Source: a virus
DNA length: 64,000 bases
Virus record (IMG/VR): IMGVR_UViG_3300006737_000020
Location: 1 to 64,000 of that record
Direction: 5' to 3' (one strand)
The notes beneath the pieces are model-generated. The model was not told the origin of the DNA, made no database searches, and saw nothing but the letters and a program-made list of their open reading frames with translations. The first letter of the stretch is position 1, and each line of letters starts with the position of its first letter. The position numbers and the translations under genes were made by a program. This document shows positions 38,244-47,084 of this stretch, one piece after another.

Positions 38244-40127
38244 CTACGCTTTTTCTTCTTGAATCAGTATATCTTCATCCAACATTGTACCTTTATCAGG
38301 ATCAGCTTTTTCAGTTGAAAGACTTTCTTGTAAAACTTTTGAAGATTTTGATTTATTTTGTAGCAAATCTGCAAATGCTTTAGCTTCTGTGCTTAGTGGT
38401 GAACCACCTCTATATTTATGTTGTAGTGGCGACTTATCTGTTGCAAATGCTTTATCTAATCCTTTTGCACCAACAGCGTCTCGTCCATAATCAGAATTAG
38501 CTCTTCCAAATGCACCAAATTTCTTTGGTCTTCCTGGTCCTGCTACTGGATCATTAGCTCCTTCATCTTGCTGACCTGGTATGTCTAGATTTCCCTGCAC
38601 ATGCATCGAAGCTATATCATGAGGTGTTCCAAACGATTGATTTGTCTTTTGAGGATCATTTCCTTCTGACTTAATTTGTTCTTTTCTGAATTCTTCTTTA
38701 AGATCTTCAATAACTTGATCTTGTTCTGTATTCCATTCATTTTGGCTCATACCAAATACATTTTCATATATGTATCTTTCTGAGAACATACCTGATTCTT
38801 TAAAATTAGATACTAATCCTAATTTTTCATTTAATAATTCTACCTTTTGTTTTTCATAAACAATTGATGGATTAGTTAAAGTTAATTCAAAATTGATAAG
38901 ATCGGCATCTGTATATCCTTGTGTATATAAATGTACAATTGCAATTTTAGTTAATTCAGATGTAAATATTTTTTGTATTCTTTCTATAGTTCTTGCAAAC
39001 CTAATATCCTCTGCTGCTAATGTTGCCTTTCCTTCTACACCTTCATCATATCCTAAAAATGCTTTTGGTATTCTTAATGCAGCATGCATTTTATTTCTTA
39101 AATAATCTATATCTTCAGTTTGTCCATCATTACTTGTACCAGGTAAAGATTCTATATTAGTTCCAGATTCACCACCTCTTACTGGTAAATAATAATCTTC
39201 TAACATGTTTTGTAGATTAAATTTAAGATTATAATCACCTGTTTGTTCATCCATATAAGGAACTTTTTTCATTTTGTTCATTATTTGTTGCATATGTGAA
39301 TCAACTTCATTTGGTGGTATATTACCTACATCAATTTTAAATATTCTTCTTTCTGGAGCTCTCATTATTCTATGTAACAACATTGCATCTTCCATAAGAG
39401 TTAATTGTTTGAATACTTTTCGTGCACCTTCTAACATTGATTTACCATACGGTAAAAAGTTTGTATCTGACAATAATCTAAAATGTGCTACCTCAAATGG
39501 ATCATATTCCATTTGTGAATTACCTCCTTGGCCAATATTACTCATTCCTTCATAATAAAATTTAACGGCATACGGATTTTTATCATCAAACTGCTCTTCA
39601 CGTCTCATTTCATATGCAGACATTGGAACTACATTTACAATACCAATTTCTTCATCAATATCTAAATGTAAATAAAAGTCACCATATTTACATGCATTTC
39701 TAATCCAAGGCCATAAGTTATATTCTACATTTAATACATCATAAAATAAATTTCTTAATATTTTTCGTATATTATCATCAGATGATTTAATTGTTAAAGT
39801 ATCACCATCAGCATCCTTCACTGTACTTTCATCTGCATATATATCTAATGCTGAAGATATAATTGGGTCCATATCCATACCTTCATAATCTGTATATAAT
39901 TCTACTCTATTTTGATGATAATTTGCTGTATTATTATATGTGCTCCATCCTGGGTTTTTTGTATGAATTCCTGAAAACCGATCAATGTATTTTGTCTGTC
40001 TCATGTTACCCATTGATTGTAACTTATTTGAATCTACAACTTGTAGTCTCTTTTTACCAATTCTACGAACTATTACATTCGTTGAAAAAAGTCTTCTAAG
40101 TCTAGATCTTAATGATTTGTTTGCCAT
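38244..40127 (-). CDS. gp20: Portal protein (gp20-like)
   Basis: QLTLMEDAMLLHRIMRAPERRIFKIDVGNIP, LEDYYLPVRG, IESLPG, EDIRFARTIERIQ. Confidence 0.96.
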   Translation of the reverse strand: MANKSLRSRLRRLFSTNVIVRRIGKKRLQVVDSNKLQSMGNMRQTKYIDRFSGIHTKNPGWSTYNNTANYHQNRVELYTDYEGMDMDPIISSALDIYADESTVKDADGDTLTIKSSDDNIRKILRNLFYDVLNVEYNLWPWIRNACKYGDFYLHLDIDEEIGIVNVVPMSAYEMRREEQFDDKNPYAVKFYYEGMSNIGQGGNSQMEYDPFEVAHFRLLSDTNFLPYGKSMLEGARKVFKQLTLMEDAMLLHRIMRAPERRIFKIDVGNIPPNEVDSHMQQIMNKMKKVPYMDEQTGDYNLKFNLQNMLEDYYLPVRGGESGTNIESLPGTSNDGQTEDIDYLRNKMHAALRIPKAFLGYDEGVEGKATLAAEDIRFARTIERIQKIFTSELTKIAIVHLYTQGYTDADLINFELTLTNPSIVYEKQKVELLNEKLGLVSNFKESGMFSERYIYENVFGMSQNEWNTEQDQVIEDLKEEFRKEQIKSEGNDPQKTNQSFGTPHDIASMHVQGNLDIPGQQDEGANDPVAGPGRPKKFGAFGRANSDYGRDAVGAKGLDKAFATDKSPLQHKYRGGSPLSTEAKAFADLLQNKSKSSKVLQESLSTEKADPDKGTMLDEDILIQEEKA

Positions 40128-40158
40128 AATTTTCTACTTTTATATAAATATGATTGTA

Positions 40159-41742
40159 CTATAAAAGCCAGGTTAAATCGTCGTTGTCTTTATCTCCACT
40201 CTTCCAATCCCATCCTGAACCTTTTAAGTCTGTTTTTGTTGAATATACTCCTTCTGATGTCTTTCCTATACCGCCTAATGATTTTCTATTTAAATCCATA
40301 CCTTGTTGATGAAGTCTTAATGCTGTATCTCTCATCCATAATCCTGTTGCAAATGACATTACTAAATCATCATTATAGCCCCTTGCAGCTTCTGCTCTAT
40401 GCCCTAACCAAATAAATGTAAATAATTCATCTACTAATCTTTTTGAATGAACCAATGGTGTTTTATCTCTAAAATATGTTTCTAATTTAGATATTACTAA
40501 TGGACGAGTTCTTGATGTCATTGAAAATCCAGGAACTTTTTGTGATTTCTTTTTTAAATCATATCCTTTCTTCAAGTGTATTTCCTCATCTAAGTATCCA
40601 TCTTGTTTATAAGAATAGTATAGATTTTGGTATCCTTTGTCTAATGCTACCTGAATGGATGCCCATCCTATATTTGCATTTTCAATAACTAGTAATGCAT
40701 TATTATATTCTGTTGCAACTGATATTAACATATTACCATATTCGGTAGTTCCTATTTTACCTCTATATTCTGCAACTTGTTTACATTGTTCTGTATCAAA
40801 TACATGGAATGCAGAGTAATCAGTTGAATCTCCTCTTGCAACGTCAGCTACAACCATATATGATTTTGAATAATTTGGATATTCCCATATCCAATAATTT
40901 CCATCCATTCCTCGCTTTTCAATTGGATCTTTAACATATGTTTCCTGATACCATTGTAGTATTTCTCCATCTACTACTGTATGTCCAGATGATATAAAAT
41001 CACAGTCACATTCTTGAGCGGCCATTTTCTCACCTAACAATTCTGTTTGTTTATCTCGCCAAGCTTGATCTCTATCTGGATGTACTGTCCAATGTAATGA
41101 TATATTATTAAATTCTCCGCCTGCAGTTGCTTCTACCCATTGTTTATGAAACCAATTACCAACTCCATTAGGTGTAGATAATGCAATACAATCTCCACCA
41201 GTTGCTAATGTTTGTTGAGCGGCTGTCCATATATCATCAATTTTATCAATAAATGCTGCTTCATCAAATATCAATAATGATAATGCTTCAGATCTACCTG
41301 CATCACCTTTTGATGATATGGCCTTTATTTGCGACCCATTACTTAATCTTAATGAAAGTTTATTATCTTCAGCAACTGCCCCCTTTAACCATTTAGGTAA
41401 GTTTTCATGCATTACTCTAACCTTTGTTACAAGGTTCTTTGCAACATCTTGTTTAGTTGCAATTACTAGACAGTTAAAATCTGCCTTAAATAACATTTTC
41501 CATAATGCATATCCGGCTGTTAAAGTTGAAATTCCTAACTGTCTAGACTTAAGAATAATATTATATCTATTTTGAGATATCTGTGTTAATGATTCTTCTT
41601 GGAATGGATACAGATTAAAATATATTTTTCCTTGAGTAGGATGTTGAATTATACAGTATTTACGCATAAAGTGTATAGGATCTTGTACACACTTCTTATA
41701 TTCATCGCGTATGATTTCTTTTAATGTTTTCTTTACTGACAT
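40159..41742 (-). CDS. terL: Terminase large subunit (gp17-like)
   Basis: LYPFQ, KSRQLGIST, LIFDEAAF, STPNG, ADVARG..DYS, DDLVMS. Confidence 0.96.
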   Translation of the reverse strand: MSVKKTLKEIIRDEYKKCVQDPIHFMRKYCIIQHPTQGKIYFNLYPFQEESLTQISQNRYNIILKSRQLGISTLTAGYALWKMLFKADFNCLVIATKQDVAKNLVTKVRVMHENLPKWLKGAVAEDNKLSLRLSNGSQIKAISSKGDAGRSEALSLLIFDEAAFIDKIDDIWTAAQQTLATGGDCIALSTPNGVGNWFHKQWVEATAGGEFNNISLHWTVHPDRDQAWRDKQTELLGEKMAAQECDCDFISSGHTVVDGEILQWYQETYVKDPIEKRGMDGNYWIWEYPNYSKSYMVVADVARGDSTDYSAFHVFDTEQCKQVAEYRGKIGTTEYGNMLISVATEYNNALLVIENANIGWASIQVALDKGYQNLYYSYKQDGYLDEEIHLKKGYDLKKKSQKVPGFSMTSRTRPLVISKLETYFRDKTPLVHSKRLVDELFTFIWLGHRAEAARGYNDDLVMSFATGLWMRDTALRLHQQGMDLNRKSLGGIGKTSEGVYSTKTDLKGSGWDWKSGDKDNDDLTWLL

Positions 41743-41748
41743 AGTATT

Positions 41749-41780
41749 TTAATATAATAAATTATCTACAGAAAAACAAG
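41749..41780 (-). promoter_or_regulatory. Class I promoter of terL
   Basis: CTTG-N20-TATATTAA, ending 6 nt before the ATG. Confidence 0.65.
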
Positions 41781-41791
41781 AAAAAGAATGA

Positions 41792-42190
41792 TTATTTTTT
41801 CTTTGTCTTTTCAAGTGATCTACCACCAAAATAAGCACCAATTACTGTAATAAGTACTAATTGTAAAAGGTCCGTCCATTTATCTTCTACTACAAATTTA
41901 ATTGTTCCTGCATCAATAAAAATTAATAATACTGTACATACTACTAAAAATATTAATACTAATGGTCTTACATTTTTACTTAACCAAGAATCTGAATTCA
42001 TATCAGCTGACCATCTGTCTGTGATATTCTTTTCCATTGCCGCCTCATGGTTGGCAATTAATTCTTTCATTTTTCTTTTTGCTTCTAATTTTTCTTCTTT
42101 CGAGGTTGTTAGATTATCAAGTACACCACCAACTGATTCTACTAGTTCTCCGGCTCCACCTGAAAATAATTTTCCTAATCCAAATCCCAT
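41792..42190 (-). CDS. Holin (3TM / GTA-holin type)
   Basis: RW.ADM.SDSWLSKNVRPL, hydrophobic helices, AYFGGRS.EK end. Confidence 0.8.
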   Translation of the reverse strand: MGFGLGKLFSGGAGELVESVGGVLDNLTTSKEEKLEAKRKMKELIANHEAAMEKNITDRWSADMNSDSWLSKNVRPLVLIFLVVCTVLLIFIDAGTIKFVVEDKWTDLLQLVLITVIGAYFGGRSLEKTKKK

Positions 42191-42194
42191 AATG

Positions 42195-42842
42195 TTATTC
42201 TCCTTTTAATTCTGATAATATTTGTTCTTTATATTCTTTATATTTTTGCAATACAGTTTCTTTAAATTTTTCTTTACTCATTGCAGCATCAAACGTTTCA
42301 ATATCTCCATCAGCATTTTGTACTTGTCGAATAGCTTCTGTCATCATCTTTTCTAATCCTTTAACATCTTCATCAGCATCTTTAAAGAACGATTCAGCAT
42401 TTTTTAACATTCTATCACGTTTGTAATTTTCCCATGCATCTTTATCATTCCTCAGGTTAGTTTCAAATTTAACAACACAATCAAAACATTGTTTATGTGT
42501 TATCCAAAACTTTTCATTTAATCGTTTTTCTGATGTATGAGTATTCTTTCCACAGTTTGGACAAGTATCTGGCATTTGAAATTGTTTTTGTACTTGTCTT
42601 ACTAAATAACCATTTTCGGATTCACGTGATTTAAATCCATTATTTTGAGTAACTCGAGTTCTATTTCCATTTGGATCTGTTTCAATCCAAATCTTAGGTT
42701 TTCCGTCTTCAAATTGTTCAATAACATCTTCCTTTTTTATTTCAGATTTTGTATTTCCAAAATAATGAGACTTTCTTGTTTGTGATTTATGCGTTCCAGA
42801 TAACATATCTTGGATCGCCTTCACGTTCTTTAACTTACTCAT
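42195..42842 (-). CDS. Zn-binding hypothetical protein
   Basis: CPNC...CFDC pair followed by a helical C-terminus. Confidence 0.7.
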   Translation of the reverse strand: MSKLKNVKAIQDMLSGTHKSQTRKSHYFGNTKSEIKKEDVIEQFEDGKPKIWIETDPNGNRTRVTQNNGFKSRESENGYLVRQVQKQFQMPDTCPNCGKNTHTSEKRLNEKFWITHKQCFDCVVKFETNLRNDKDAWENYKRDRMLKNAESFFKDADEDVKGLEKMMTEAIRQVQNADGDIETFDAAMSKEKFKETVLQKYKEYKEQILSELKGE

Positions 42843-42859
42843 ATAACCTTTTTTTTTAA

Positions 42860-43171
42860 TTAAACTTCTTGATCCCTACCAGATCTTTTTGCAGCTGCTT
42901 TCATCTTTACCAATTGACTTCTTAGTTGAGCCACTTTATTAATTGGTAAACCTACTTCATCTGCAAATCTTGCAATGGCTTGAGCTTTTTCAATATCTGT
43001 TTTCAACATATTTAAAAATCTAGATAATCCTTTTCTTTCTAAATATTGAAAAATTCTAGACACTTTTTGTCTTTCAGATCCACCTAAACCAGAACCATAC
43101 TTTGATGGAGCTTCTTTAAGTGTTCTACGAATTTCAGTTCTTATTGCTTTTCTTAAATTTTCTTCGTTCAT
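42860..43171 (-). CDS. Hypothetical protein, candidate internal head protein
   Basis: MNEENLRKAIRTEIRRTLKE leader; class II motif at 43191-43199. Confidence 0.7.
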   Translation of the reverse strand: MNEENLRKAIRTEIRRTLKEAPSKYGSGLGGSERQKVSRIFQYLERKGLSRFLNMLKTDIEKAQAIARFADEVGLPINKVAQLRSQLVKMKAAAKRSGRDQEV

Positions 43172-43200
43172 GGTTATTCCCTATTTTTTATATAAATATG

Positions 43201-45660
43201 CTACTTATCGCCAAGTCCGCCTATTCCTAACAATTGATTGATAGGAGCAAATAAACCTGTTAATTTATATGTTTTTCCTTTATATACAAATACTATACCC
43301 TCTGTTGGCACTAATTTTTCAAATCCACCTAAATCTTCAATACGTTTTAATTCAAACTTTAATTTGTCAAGTGACGCTAAATCCTTAGATTTCTGTATGA
43401 CTTTGATTTTTGCAGCTATCCGCCTTTTCATATCCTTTATTGCATCTGTAGGAACAATTGATAAATAATCTGATATATTATGTAGTATTTCAACTCCTAA
43501 TTCTAAAAAGATTTTTTCAAAATTATATACATTTTGTTTGTTTTGTTGTTTAAAATTTTGTTTATCAAATTCTTTAGCTTTTTGTAATATTTCTGGATCA
43601 GGTATATTTTTTGAATTCATTCTAAATGATTTATCAAAATATGCCCATCTTTTTAATAATCCTAATTTTATATCATCTGTTGCATTAGGTATTATTTGAT
43701 TTATTCTTACTTCCCACCATTTTTGATGCCACATTTTTAATTCATCTGAATCCTTTAATTTGAATTGAGATTGTAAGGATGTTACTTGATCTATAAAATA
43801 TTTTTCCTTTTCTTCAAAATCAGGTAATTGTTTTGTAGTTAGAATTTTAGGTGGAATTATTTCAAATCGCTTTTGTATATTTGCATTAACATTGGCTATT
43901 GTTTTTTGTAATAATGGTGCATATTCAGGATATGAATCAACTTTAACTGCTAATTCTAAATCATATTCATCTACTCCATGAAATTGTATATATGCCTTTG
44001 GTCCATACATTATAACATTTTGAGTTCCTGGGTATATAATTTCCATGTTTAAAAATCTTGAACCGTTTTGAAATATTTCAAATAATTTATCTTTTGGTAC
44101 TCTTAATAATGCGCGTTCTAAATCTTCCATTGCAAATGTAAAAGCTTTTTCTATTTCACCTCTACCTGCAAATTTCATTCTAACAGCATCAATATCCATT
44201 GGATTCTTAATTGTAGTTTTGTTTCTTGCTGCTCCAAGTTTACCATCTTTAAAAGTAACTAATAAATTTTGTCCGTCTGTTTTTTCTTGAACTCCAGATT
44301 CAATATTTAATTTACCTTCTAATGATAATCGTATCATTTGTTTCATATCCGCAAATGTAATATCTCTATCATCAAATGGATGATTCATGTGTCCGGCTGC
44401 TCCACCCTCTGTTAATAACTGTAATGCAATTGATTCTCCTAATGATTTAGGTTTTGGTTCTTGTGGCATAATTCTAAATCTTGCTGCAGACCTACCATTA
44501 ATTAATAAGTCTCCTTTATCATTAAAATTAATTGTTTTCACTACTACCTTTTTATTTTTAAATCTACCCATCATAATTGTATCGCCGATATTGATTGGTA
44601 AATTAATATCTTCTTTTAATGTAGTTGGCACTAATATCTCTCCTTTACTTGATTCAATAGAATCTTCTGCTCCTAAAAAATCTAAAAATTTATATCCTAC
44701 AGATTGAGCAATATTTGAAATATAACTCTTCCATTTTGAATACCCAGGCCTTCCTTTGTAATCTTTAATATAATCTGTACCAGAAAACTCTCCTCCCTTG
44801 ACACCTGTTGGAAAGTATGATACTGTCAATGGTGGTCCATCTGGAAAATTTGTATTATGAACTTCAATAGGATTATCCTTTACAATATAATTTATAACTT
44901 CATATCCTAAACGTTTTGCCATGGCATCTGTTTTCTTTCTATATGTATTCTGATTTCCATAAAAGTATCTTGGTCCATCATCTACATCAGCTTTACCTTG
45001 GCCTGTAACATTACTTCCTTCTTTAACTATAAATGATTCCATTATTGCAGAAAACTTTTTTCTTAATAACTGATATATTTTTGGATCATACCAGCCCATT
45101 ATATTTTTAAATGTTTTCATGTCTGCGGTTGCCAATGCGGCTCTAATTGTTGTACCTGACATTTCACCAAATCCTGGTACTTTTAACTCTATATGCGGTG
45201 ATATAACAACGTATCCATGTTTATCATATCCTTTTAGATTTGATTTAGACTTTGCAAAATCCTGGAAATAACCAGGTGAACCATCTTTTTTTGTATATCT
45301 TAATCTTCCTGCATCTTTTTTTCCATATACAAATACCACTGCAGTAGTTTCAGGATTATATTTTTTTAATATATTTTCTGGAGCATAAACATTTTTTTCT
45401 TGAGAAACATTTGTTATTCCATGTTTTCTAATTACCTGAACCTTTTCTCGAAAGTTTAATGGAGATTTTGGCAATGCAACTTTATCTGATGTTGCAATAT
45501 ATGTATTTTGTTTTCCAAATTGTTTTGCTAACCAGTCATATACTTTTGCATGATGTTGACCCATTGGTTGAAATCTACCTGGATATATTGCCACTACGGT
45601 TTTAATCGGAGAATCCATTTCCGTTAATAAATTGTCTACTATTTGTTCACCTAAATTCAT
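43201..45660 (-). CDS. Multidomain protein: cytidylyltransferase-like N-domain plus ATP-dependent ligase-like C-domain
   Basis: YPGRFQPMGQHH and MSGTTIR in the N-domain; EKTDG, FLNMEI, EGIVF and YKLTG in the C-domain. Confidence 0.72.
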   Translation of the reverse strand: MNLGEQIVDNLLTEMDSPIKTVVAIYPGRFQPMGQHHAKVYDWLAKQFGKQNTYIATSDKVALPKSPLNFREKVQVIRKHGITNVSQEKNVYAPENILKKYNPETTAVVFVYGKKDAGRLRYTKKDGSPGYFQDFAKSKSNLKGYDKHGYVVISPHIELKVPGFGEMSGTTIRAALATADMKTFKNIMGWYDPKIYQLLRKKFSAIMESFIVKEGSNVTGQGKADVDDGPRYFYGNQNTYRKKTDAMAKRLGYEVINYIVKDNPIEVHNTNFPDGPPLTVSYFPTGVKGGEFSGTDYIKDYKGRPGYSKWKSYISNIAQSVGYKFLDFLGAEDSIESSKGEILVPTTLKEDINLPINIGDTIMMGRFKNKKVVVKTINFNDKGDLLINGRSAARFRIMPQEPKPKSLGESIALQLLTEGGAAGHMNHPFDDRDITFADMKQMIRLSLEGKLNIESGVQEKTDGQNLLVTFKDGKLGAARNKTTIKNPMDIDAVRMKFAGRGEIEKAFTFAMEDLERALLRVPKDKLFEIFQNGSRFLNMEIIYPGTQNVIMYGPKAYIQFHGVDEYDLELAVKVDSYPEYAPLLQKTIANVNANIQKRFEIIPPKILTTKQLPDFEEKEKYFIDQVTSLQSQFKLKDSDELKMWHQKWWEVRINQIIPNATDDIKLGLLKRWAYFDKSFRMNSKNIPDPEILQKAKEFDKQNFKQQNKQNVYNFEKIFLELGVEILHNISDYLSIVPTDAIKDMKRRIAAKIKVIQKSKDLASLDKLKFELKRIEDLGGFEKLVPTEGIVFVYKGKTYKLTGLFAPINQLLGIGGLGDK

Positions 45661-45678
45661 TTTATATAAATATATAGA

Positions 45679-47070
45679 TTATGCGTTCTCTAATGATATT
45701 ATTCTAGTTTTCAAGTCTTCTATAATATCTTGTTGTTCTTTTATGGCCTCTGATAATATTGGGATCAAAGCAGAATAATTTATACTCTGTTTATTAGATA
45801 TTATCGGATTTCCCATTTCTTCTGGTAATGCATTTCCATGTTGATCATGAGAACTTGTAAGATTACCGACCCACCAAGTTGTACCATCTTCTAAAAGACT
45901 TCCAGATTTATACAGTTTTACTTCTGTTGCTGTATTTACCACTCCTGGTAGTATAGGTTCTACTTCATCTGCTATATATCCATAACTTGCACTAACAGGT
46001 TTATTATATTTTATCCAATCAAATGAAACTGCTTTTAATTGTTTTACAATAGATATTGCATCCATCGCAGAACCAGTTAAATATTTTATATTTGTTTTTA
46101 GTCTTCTATCAGAAGAACTATATGAACCATGAATAGCAAAATCACCATCATTATCCATATTCCATCCTTCCCAGTCTGAACCATCATAATTTAACCATCT
46201 AGATTTTTGAGTATCTGTATTATAACCATAAATAGCATATTGAGTGCTAATAGCATCTTCATCATATATTTTCCACCAAGCAGTATGTTCAGCTCTTACT
46301 TCAGTAGCTGCATAAGTTTCGTTACCAGGTAATCCACCTGAGTCATCAGTTGTTTCAATTAATATCTTTGTTGCTCCAGTATCTTGGAAACCATCTGTTC
46401 CACCAGCGCCTGTACTTATATACAATTTACCTTTAATTGCTAGATCTCCATCAGCTGACATTTGGCCAACCATTGTATCTCCATTTTCATATTGTCCTAT
46501 TGTTACACTGCCATCATAATGATTCCACTTACCATCTCTTCGAATTACTCTAACAGTATTATCTGTATTAGTATCATCATCCCAATCTTGTAATTGAAGA
46601 GATTTAATCTCTCGCAATTCACAATCATTAAAATCGATATTATCATGAACACCAGCTGTACCAATAATATTATCTACTCTTAATGTATTATGAATCATTA
46701 CGTCTTCATTTGAAGTATCAATAGTTAAAGCTAAGGTTGATCCTATATTAGAACTGTTTCCAATTGAAAATCTATTGGATTGGTCATTATCAGATCCTAC
46801 TGACCAATATGCACTATCTGTTCTAAAACAAATTCCTGCGTCACCTGCTCCTGTGTTCCAACAAAATATAGTAGGTCCGTATTGAGTAGTACCGTTATTT
46901 GATTTAACCGTAAGTTGTGCATTACTGGTGCCTTCTATATCTTCTATATGAACTTGGTTATGAAAATAATTCACATCTCCTACATTATCGGAAGATTCTA
47001 GTAACACAGGTGATCCTGCCGAGGCGGCGAATTTATATCTGTGTCCTGCTGTCATTGTTACTGTTGCCAT
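45679..47070 (-). CDS. Tail fibre with C-terminal peptidase S74 chaperone
   Basis: SSSDRRLKTNI, YGYIADEVE.ILPGVV, INYSALIPILSEAIKEQQ. Confidence 0.88.
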   Translation of the reverse strand: MATVTMTAGHRYKFAASAGSPVLLESSDNVGDVNYFHNQVHIEDIEGTSNAQLTVKSNNGTTQYGPTIFCWNTGAGDAGICFRTDSAYWSVGSDNDQSNRFSIGNSSNIGSTLALTIDTSNEDVMIHNTLRVDNIIGTAGVHDNIDFNDCELREIKSLQLQDWDDDTNTDNTVRVIRRDGKWNHYDGSVTIGQYENGDTMVGQMSADGDLAIKGKLYISTGAGGTDGFQDTGATKILIETTDDSGGLPGNETYAATEVRAEHTAWWKIYDEDAISTQYAIYGYNTDTQKSRWLNYDGSDWEGWNMDNDGDFAIHGSYSSSDRRLKTNIKYLTGSAMDAISIVKQLKAVSFDWIKYNKPVSASYGYIADEVEPILPGVVNTATEVKLYKSGSLLEDGTTWWVGNLTSSHDQHGNALPEEMGNPIISNKQSINYSALIPILSEAIKEQQDIIEDLKTRIISLENA

Positions 47071-47084
47071 TTTATTCTCCTATT

